A DNA stretch of 64,000 nucleotides from Ruditapes philippinarum. Lineage: Eukaryota. The position numbers and the translations under genes are program-made. Positions 55,031-64,000 of this stretch are shown piece after piece. The notes under the pieces were generated by a model. The model did no database searches, was not told the DNA's origin, and saw nothing but the letters and a program-made list of their open reading frames with translations. The stretch's first letter is position 1, and every line of letters starts with the position of its first letter. The stretch is taken from assembly GCF_026571515.1 (NCBI RefSeq), contig NW_026859247.1, positions 1 through 64,000 on the forward strand. Reading direction: 5' to 3'.

Positions 55031-56783
55031 TTTTAGGTCACACACCTTTCACAGTCAAGTGTTTTTTTGGGTTACAACCTTATACTCCATGATATATGCA
55101 TTCATTTGGAACATTATTACTCTTTTACTGAATAATGAGAATTATACAGCAATGCTGGGTACATGTATGCTGCACTAAACTTACACTTTTGTATGAACAT
55201 ATTGGCCTCACTCACATAACAAGTAAATTGCAGTAGTATTGTCACAAATGTTCTGGGCATTATTTCTTGAAGTATATTGTTTTTTCATGAAGGAATAAAC
55301 AAAAATGTCTGTTATATATACATGTAACCTGGTTATAAAGTAAATTGGTTTTTAGCTATAGAATATATTTTACCAGTATCATCATGTTTTTAAATGTCTC
55401 TTATAAATCTATCGAGATTGGTCCAACATGTTTTTTTAATATGATTGAACATTGTGATGTATTGTATATATGACATGCTTGGAATGAGACAATAAACTAT
55501 TAAACTAAGTTAAAAAGAAGTAAAATTGACAAATCATGGATAACAGCACTTAAAACAGGAACATGTGTACGTCCAGTTGCTACAGGTCATGATCATCACC
55601 GAAAAAAGAGGAAATTTATTTATAAGAATTCTAATAGAAAAGTAAACACGACTATGTCATATAGTACTTAAGTGATGTTTAAGACTTCAAAGCTTTCAAT
55701 CTCATTAGCATGTATAAAAGTACTTCACAATCTAAATAAATGAGTGTTTGGCGTTCACAGCAAACAAATAAATGTGCGGAATGAACATTGTCATGGATGT
55801 ATTCCTTTACACCTGTTTTGGAAAAGAGAAACGATTATCTTGAATATATTTTTCTAAAGAAACTGTCCACTCTTTTTATCCATTGAACATTAACAATACA
55901 TCCGCGGAGGATATCAATTAACTTTGCTGTGAGTCACGTTGTTTATTGATTAATGATTATAGACAATAACTAGACAATAAAAATAAAAACCTAAAGTTAT
56001 TTTGACTTTGACCTGTAAACATACCATTTACACTTGACTGGGCGTATTGTCACTATAAGAGTCTGAAGTAACCTCTTCCAGAATTGCGACAACCAGGCCT
56101 TTGCTCCTATCAATGATGATTTCTCCTTCGCTAACGGTAACTTGATCCCATTCAGTGGTCAGGGCCATATACATGTATTTTATTTATAGATACCGCATGA
56201 AATTTCAAATGTTCATATTCAACGTTATTCACCTTGTTCTAAAGCGTGTCAATTTTTTTAATCAAAATTAAGGAACGTTATTACGGTGGTTTGAGGGAAA
56301 AATAGAAAAAAATGAAGTCCATTTTGTTTTTGAAATAGCTTGTTTACACAGATATGTTTTATAGAGAAAGTTAATTTGAAAATCGTTTCATTTATTGACT
56401 GGTAGAATATTGACATGTATATGAAATTAATATGTTGTAAGATAGTGCACATTTTTTGCATTCATTGATGAATCAACAGCCACGTAAGTGTTAATCTGAA
56501 ATTAACCTGTTATTGGATGTTACACTTTATTTCATAAGACAGAGTACATTTATAATATGGAAACAGTTTGTTGAAACTTTTGATATGAAATTGCCGAGTT
56601 TTGAAAAAGAAAAGGTTCTGGAATAATGACTTCATAATGAAACTGTCATTTTATATAATATGTAAGACTTTTACAAAATGCCTTTTTGTATATAAATATG
56701 GTAATGCTAAAAAGAAAACATTTGTAACATATATGTTTATTGCTGTAGAATCAATACATATATGTTAATGTTAAATATACATT

Positions 56784-57222
56784 TTAACCAATGATATCGA
56801 TTTCAGGGAAGGTTTGTCTCAATAAGAACCCAGAAAAAAATACTGAGTCCATGGCCCCAGAGGCTTTCAGCCTTTGCTTCTCTACCAACAACCGACACAT
56901 CATCACCTTTATGTAATTCGTAAATGACAGTAAGAGATCTCGTTTCACCTCGAAGATACTAGAATTGGATATAGTCCCTATCTTCTTAAAGAATAGTCTC
57001 CGGTACTTGAATCATAGTATGTCATCAAAGATATTGAAAATATGTAAATGCCACGCACAGGTGCTCTTAAGTGTGGGTTGTAGCCATTTCCGACGTTTGT
57101 GACGACGTGTTCAAACACAATGAATTGATTGACTCCAGTATTGACGTAATGATTTTGAATTGTGAAAAAGACTGCAACTACTGCATCGATCTCATGTTGA
57201 AGCATTCTATCATTTCTTCCAC
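56784..57222 (-). pseudogene. C1q-domain pseudogene (duplicated globular-domain exon only)
   Basis: Homologous to 61064-61512, including the 3' flank. It has a 9-nt deletion (AGDF>L), two 1-nt deletions producing TAG after SLRR, and +1 T downstream. It ends ..EIDIIG* in the ancestral frame. No signal/coiled-coil exon is seen upstream. Confidence 0.85.
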
Positions 57223-58228
57223 CTGAAAATCATGGCGAACAAAAAAACATAGATAGATAATTAAAATAAAAGATAAGGATCAAATCTTGTGATAAAGTTT
57301 GCTCTCTTGAAATGTTTAAAATGTACATTCTCAAAAATATTGAAGTTTAATACTTTTCATCAAATTTTTGTACTCATTCATGTAACACTTTATAATTCTG
57401 ATAAATTATTTTGAACATCGCATTTTTAATTCAATTTATATCTCATTTAAGGATATAAATGAATGTCGATTATGTCGCGAATTCGTCTCTATACTACATG
57501 AATGACGATCGACATCGGCAAGATTGTCCTTAAAAAATGATTTTTGTATAGGCGTGTGTTTTTTTTCTTCTAAATATTATTACTTGACATTTACTTAGCG
57601 TCATACATGTGAACGCAAGTTTGAATGTTATTTTGGAGAATGAGAATAGAACCATAAATTTTGTATTCACGACCTCTTATTAAGGAGTTCAGTGCTTTAA
57701 TATACACTAGGAAACCTTCGTACCCCTATAACAATTATTAATCAAAATAAACTATTCTAAACTAATGGTTAATCTTTCACATTACATCAAGTTGTTTATG
57801 AAGTTGTTAAATATCGATATAATATACTCTTTCTTTATTGATTTTGCCCTACGTAGAATGCGCATGAACGAAATGCAACATCCGTTTCTATGGAAAATTT
57901 GTATCGTATAAAGGCATTTATGCTCATAGGCAAACAATTTGTTGAACTCTTATGTTTAGAATCTTTTGTAAAGTAAGGTGAGAAAATAAATTTCAGGGGG
58001 GGGGGGGGGGCAGGGGCGGGGGTTGTGCTAAAATATAGCCCTGTATGGTGTTTAGATGTGCAGTTATATAATCACGGATGCCGTAGGCCTACAAACATCT
58101 GAACAACAAATTGTGCTTTATGTATAACACAGAGCAAACCAAACCAAGATGTTTTCCATTCTTACACGTCAAGAAAACTATAGTTAGATTGTTGGTGTTA
58201 AATTTGTTCTCGCTTCAGTGTTATTAAT

Positions 58229-58617
58229 ATTAACGTTGTTGAAAGGCTTTTTTATTGTGGCTGATTTGGAACGATTTTGTGCGTCGTGTTGGCGCTAGCG
58301 ACAACAGGACAAAGCGCCAAACGGGGCGAGTTGCCGGACTTTCATCTTGTTGTCCTGTCGCAAACAATGTAAGCCAAACGGCGCGTTGCCGTGCGGCGTG
58401 TTGTTGCGATGTCACATTGTCGAAGAATTGGCTTATAAGCCAAGCGACAGGGTGAGATCGCAACAACGTGCTGCACGACAACGCGCCGTTTGGCGTGCTT
58501 TGCTAGATACAGGACGACAGCGCGACAACGCGCCGTTTAGCGGTTTTTGCACGCGCTGTTCGGCGCTGCATTATGACGTCACGTCAACAACACTTCATAC
58601 GTCTGTACAGCGTTAAT
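58229..58617. mobile_element. CpG-rich MITE nested in the foldback element
   Basis: Termini attaacgttgt / acagcgttaat. Internal inverted pair gccaaacggcgcgttgccgtgcggcgtgttgttgcgat / atcgcaacaacgtgctgcacgacaacgcgccgtttggc. Confidence 0.7.
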
Positions 58618-58666
58618 GAATGAAGGTGTTTGTGTTTAAGTTTGTAAACTTTCTATCATTCCAGAT

Positions 58667-59017
58667 ATAGAGGATATTGAATGAGTGTAAGTTCAATACT
58701 GAATTTTTTGCACGAGTTGAACAAAATTATATTATGCGAGCCTCTGGCGAGCATAATATTATTTTATTCAACGAGTGCAATAAATTCAGTAATGAAGTTA
58801 CACGAATTTAATATTCTATTTATCACATACCCAAACTAAAGATCGTTTAAGGTAAAATAAGAGTCATCTTTCATTGACTCTTCTATAGTATAACGCTAAC
58901 ATTTAGCGCGTCTTTACACTATGTTTGAATAACGCTAATGACGTCACGTCAAAATATATGCACGGCCGTGCAATACCATATTTACGGAGTCGCAAAATCG
59001 GCACGGGTGTGTGATAA
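58667..59017. mobile_element. AT-rich hairpin MITE (58667-58819) plus adjacent ttatcacat...gtgtgataa-bounded segment
   Basis: ~70-bp arms around gcgagcctctggcgagc; short inverted ends ttatcacataccc / gggtgtgtgataa. Confidence 0.7.
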
Positions 59018-61063
59018 AGTTTTATTTTATACATAGGTCACATGCCGATGTCGTCCTTCATGTTATCTTGAGAAGAATACGCGACATAATCGGCATACTT
59101 TTATTTTCATAAATGATATATAAATTTGACTTTAAACAGTTAGTTATTTTATTTATTTTAGTGTACGAAAATATTTGTCAGTATAGAGTTAGTATAGAGT
59201 GTTACATAAATGAGTAAACAAATTTAATGAAAAATATATAAACTTAAACCTTCATGAGGATGTACATTTTAAACATTTTAACGAAGCAAAATTCATCACA
59301 GGATTTGAACATTATATATATATTTGTTTTTATTTTAATTGTCTATTTTTTTTGTTCGCCAATGTTATCCATTAATGTGTCTTAAACTTTCAGTTTGATT
59401 GACAATTTCTCAATTTCTGTAACATTTCAACGCCGGGTGTTCGCAGTATTCAGAATCAAAATCGCATTCAACGCGAAATACTGACGAGAAAGGGAAGAAT
59501 TGTGTCAAGGCATTTGGAATACTAAAACTAGAAGTAAGGACATATTCTTTGCAAAAGAAATTGAATTCAAATCGATTCAGATTATTCATAAGACTCGTTT
59601 TTATTCAAAATACCGGTTGAAAAAGTGTTCGCGGTATCAAACTTTTGAGGATGCGCGCGCATGGTATGACACCCTTGAAATTCCTAGTCGCTTCCTGAAT
59701 GTATACGCATAAATCAACAATTAATAATTGTCTGTAAAAATCCACGAGTAAGTATTTTTTCTAACGATAACTGTAAAATTATCGAATCAAAATTAACAAT
59801 CGCTTAGTTCAGGAAGTTCGTATTATTTCATTGATACACCATACCTCTTACTTATAAGGGATTAATTGGCAACAATATTAAGAGAAAATTTAATTTAAAA
59901 GTGTGATCGAAAGTTCATTTTACCTCGAATGAAATCGTTTAGTCAATTTTTTATTAAAACGATAAACTCTGTGTCCAGTATTAAAGATTGGAAAGATTCG
60001 CCTACAAATAACACGTTTATTTGTCATAGTTACCTATTTAGTAAATGATATTATATTTTAAACGATTTCTTTAAAAACGGGAGGCTAAAGTTATAATTTA
60101 TATGTCTACTTTTCTCCGATTTATTCCCCTTTATATATAATATGTTAGATGTACGACAATACAAGTTCGATGGGGTAAGGATAAGTATCATGTTCTCTAC
60201 CATGAGCTTTTCCTCTTATTGGAAAATGCCGTGTATCGGCTAGCAACTTAAACTTATTGCTCTTGAACAGAAATCGAAAAAGAAATCACACGCATCTTAA
60301 AGTGAAAGAAACATTTTATTTGTTTTTGCCGTGGCTTACAAATGTTAAATTTTTTAAAGTAAAAGTTTCTTTTGACTTAGATTCTCCTAAATTTTATGTA
60401 TTGTAAGAATAAATTCCTGATTAATAAAATAACCTTAGATATATTCCTTTTTCAGTTGAAAATTGTAAAAAGCTAATAAAAATTCAATCTGGTCGCAAAT
60501 GGAAGCACAATTGTCTTTTTTCAAACCCCGCAACGACAGACAACGTTAACGTCATGCGTATTCTTTTATTCCGTCAACGAGCTGTATAACCGACAAGATT
60601 TGTTTAACTGTCTGAAATAACGTATGTCACTTGAATAATTTGATTGACTAACTAGTTTCATGTGTGAAGAGTATTTCATATAAAAATGGTTCTGCAGGTT
60701 ACGTTCCGAACAATTGTCAAAAATGTAAATGGGCATGCATATAAAAATTTTAAAAATGTCATTAAAATCCTAAAATCATCTGTTATTGGAAATTCGGTTG
60801 TTACAATTTATATCATACATGTAATACAAAGTACATTTATAAAATGTGAACAGTTTGAAATTGTTGACGTTTTTCATATCTTATTGCCAAGACTCGAACA
60901 AAGGCTCTGATCTACATAATGTAACTGTCATTTTATGTAATATGTAAGATTTTCACTAACTTCCTGCTGCATGAATATCGCTAAAAGGAAAACATTGACA
61001 ACATACATGTTTATTTTTTGTAGAAGCAATACATAGATGTCAATGTTTTAATAAATGTACATT

Positions 61064-62697
61064 TCAACCGATAATTTCAGTTTCAGGGTGGATTTGTCTT
61101 AATAAGAACCCAGAAAAAATACTGTATCCATTACCCCAGAGGCTTTCAGCCTTTGCTTCTCTACCAACAACCGACACATCGTCCCCTTTATTTAGTTCGT
61201 AAATGACAGTAAGAGATCCAGTGACACCGCGAAGATACATAGAATTGGATATGGTCCCATTTCTTCTTATAGAATAGTCTCCGGTAGTTGTATCATGGTA
61301 TGTCATCAAAGATACTGAAAATACGTAAATGCCGCGCACAGGTGCTCTAAAGTCTCCCGCGTGTGGGTTGTAGCTATTTCCTACGTTTGTGACGACGTTT
61401 TCAAAAATAATGACTTGATTGACTCCAGTATTGACGTAATGATTTTTAAGAGAGGCGGAGAATGCAACTACTGCCTCGATCTGATTTTGAAGCATTCTAT
61501 AACTTCTTCCATGTAGAATATATAGTACTTATCATAACAACTAAAAAAGATAATAAAAATCTTATTAACAGATTATAATAAAAGCAAAATCTAGTAAAAA
61601 AAATAATTTCCTTGTTTTATTAAACGAACTATATGTAGTAGATTTAAAATGGCATAGATTTATTTTACAATTAAATTTTGATCGTTTTTTTATGTTTTAT
61701 CCGAATCAAGTACAATAAATCAATCACGAGCACCTCAATTCCAGAGTATTTATTTGGATAAATATTAAAAACGTTATATTTAAATGACTATTGAATATCA
61801 AAACAAAATGGTGGACGTTTTATTTTGTTTGTTTGTATTATTAAACGTAAAGAGTTTATACTGTATTGTATTAATATTTGTTTACACTTTAAAAATAATA
61901 AAGGTCGGTTTTAGCACTTTGCAATGTTTAGAGTTATACTTTGAGGTTGAGCTGTCTGATATATCAGAACATAATCATTGCCTATCGCATTGGCCAACAA
62001 ATCTTATCTCAGTTTATCAACCAACACCAGGTATATACATGAATGTTTTGACTTTTCAAGACTCTATATGATTTAATGTCATTTTTCCAAATGTATTCGA
62101 TCTAAAAAGTAATATAAACTAATTCAATTGAATAACATGCCCACCTTATATTTATGGTAATTATTGTCTATCTCTAAATTTTTGTCATTTGTACTTATCG
62201 AAAATAAATAATGATTTACCGAATGTGCGTTTTCGTCCTTTTCCCATCAAATGAGCTTGCGAATTCATTTCATTTGGTTTACTGATTATTTCTGTGACCA
62301 AGTCCAAATCATCATGACCAGGTCTCACCACATTTCGCTTAGTCACTGCATCATCTGAATTCACGTCTGTCGAATTCTTCTTTTGTTTCAAATTTGACTG
62401 TGGAATTGTGCATCGCTTTTCAAGTTCAGATAGCCTTTCCTCGCGTTGTTTGTCCCTTTTTTCAAGTTCAATTATGCGCTCCTTCAACAGCTGATTACGT
62501 TCATGCTCCTGTTTTGTTAGACTTTCTACAGCTTCCAACCGATCAACAAGTGTTCTGATCAAAGCATTTTCTTTCGAACTAGATCCTAAAAGTTCATTCT
62601 GCTTAGGTTCAAGCTTGTTTTGACGTGATGAGTGTTCAAAGCCGTTTGCATTGATCTGTTCTAAGCATGCACAGACTAGTACGAACAGGATAACCAT
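61064..62697 (-). CDS. Secreted C1q domain-containing protein (signal peptide + coiled coil + gC1q); exons 62697-62220 and ~61512-61064
   Basis: Exon 1 has the signal MVILFVLVCACLEQINA and a coiled coil (LVDRLEAVESLTKQEHERNQLLKERIIELEKR). Exon 2 is gC1q: VAFSASL..IIFENVVTNVGNSYNPHAGDFRAPVRGIYVF..YELNKGDDVSV..YSIFSGFLL. The canonical exon-2 AG acceptor is missing in this assembly, so functionality is uncertain. Confidence 0.8.
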
Positions 62698-63257
62698 TTT
62701 TACTGCGTCAAAGTAGACACTGAATGTATAGTCCACGAGTTTTATCTAATCTTTCTCTAACCTAACGGACTCTTATCATAACAACCTGTAGCTGTTCCAC
62801 ATTTGCTACACTTGATAAAAACTTTGATAAATTTCATGTCGTGTTATAGGTTAGAAGAATAATGAATTTTAAAAGCAATATTATTATGAATTGAACACAG
62901 TTATAGCATCAGCCATCAATTCATGGCCATTAACTTAAGATTTTCAATTTCTGTGATTTAGGCCTTTTTTTTTACTCGTGCCTTTTTTCTTCTCCTTCTG
63001 AAAGGTTCGTTATTTTCCAATATGGCTTTTAAGACTTATTATTTACTACCTAGAAGACTGTAGCATTCCGAATACGAAGAAGCGCTCTTTTTAAAGAGTT
63101 GGGCTATTTTCGGAGGTTGGACAATTTTGTACATGTCCATGCATGCGCTTGTAGCTGTTAAATTCTTAACAGTATTTCTTTGAAGAATTCATTATTATAA
63201 AGTGACCATTAGTCCATTTGCTTGATGATCCAAGTTTGGAAGTCTATTGTTTGAATA

Positions 63258-64000
63258 AACAAGAGGGCCATGATGGCCCTGAGGTCGCTCACCTGTATAT
63301 AGGCACCCCCCCCCCGACCCCCAGGCCAATTTTTACCCAAGGGCTTTTATTTGTTTATTTGAACAGACTTGGTAGACACCCATAAGACGAAGTTTCATGC
63401 TAAACATCTAAGTTCTAGCTCATTGGGATTTTTAAAAGAAGATTTTTAAAGTTTTTACTATACACATATAGTTAAAAACAATGAAACCCCTGGGGCAGGG
63501 CCAGTTTTGACCCTCGGGCTTTTATTTGAACAAACTTTGTAGATATTTACTTAAAGATGTTTCATGCTTAATATCTAAACTCTAGCTATTTGGGTTTTTT
63601 CAAAGAAGTTTTTTAAGTTTTTGCTATACACATATAAGGAAAATCAATGACCCCCCGGGCGGGGCCAGTTTTGCCCCAGGGCTTTTATTTGAACATACTT
63701 GGTAGACACCCATTAGAACATGTTTCATGCTAAATATCTTAGCTCTAGCTCTTTGAGTTCTTTAAAAGAAGATTTTTTAAGTTTTTGGGGCGGGCCAATT
63801 TTGACCCCAGGGCTTTTATTTGAACAAACTTGGTAGACACTCATTAGAAGATGTTTCATGCTAAATATCTTAGCTCTAGCTCTTTGGGTTCTTTAAAAGA
63901 AGAATTTTTAAGTTTTTACTATATGCATATAGGGAAAATCTATGACCCCCTGGGGCGTGGTCAATTTTGACCCCAGGGCTTTTATTTGAACAAACTTGGT
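63258..64000 (+). mobile_element. Helentron-associated (HINE/pearl-like) element with an internal ~165-bp tandem satellite array, running off the window end
   Basis: Starts aacaagagggccatgatggccct (palindrome) and cgctcacctg. At least 4 tandem units contain ggggcggggccaattttgaccccagggcttttatttgaacaaacttggtagac. Confidence 0.8.

Larger units (their letters stand above)
57233..59361. mobile_element. Old ~2.1-kb foldback element with ~290-bp degenerate TIRs, hosting nested MITEs
   Basis: 57233-57520 (tggcgaacaaaaaaacatag...gacatcggca) is the reverse complement of 59043-59361 (tgccgatgtc...ctatttttttttgttcgcca). Confidence 0.75.

Noticed and set aside
58230-58616. GC-rich overlapping ORFs
   Set aside because: Lie in a CpG-rich inverted-repeat element; no coding signature.

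Overview
AT-rich, intron-containing eukaryotic DNA. It is most likely from a bivalve mollusc, inferred from the C1q-domain and C-type lectin content and the SINE/MITE types; species not determined. Manual splice reconstruction (GT-AG sites, consistent intron phases) gives a candidate innate-immunity gene neighbourhood: a secreted single-domain Kunitz inhibitor (+); three paralogous C-type lectin loci (-), two intact with five exons and one pseudogene; a four-TM MS4A/CD20-like protein with a PPPY tail (-); a ~1,060-aa protein with six B-box-like zinc fingers, FN3, a septin/AIG1-like TRAFAC GTPase and a helical region with a Cys/His insert (-); and two C1q-domain loci (-), one near-intact and one a truncated pseudogene. 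Between them lie two 69-bp minisatellite arrays, a LINE RT relic, a Harbinger fragment, SINE pieces, several MITE/foldback elements (one 2.5-kb element with ~610-bp TIRs and a 5-bp TSD), Helentron-type satellite-bearing elements and two N gaps. The top leads are the B-box/FN3/GTPase architecture and a C-terminal I-[I/F]-G-stop tag shared by unrelated secreted lectin families. No rRNA, tRNA genes or CRISPR arrays were found. All gene models are by-eye and unvalidated by transcripts.
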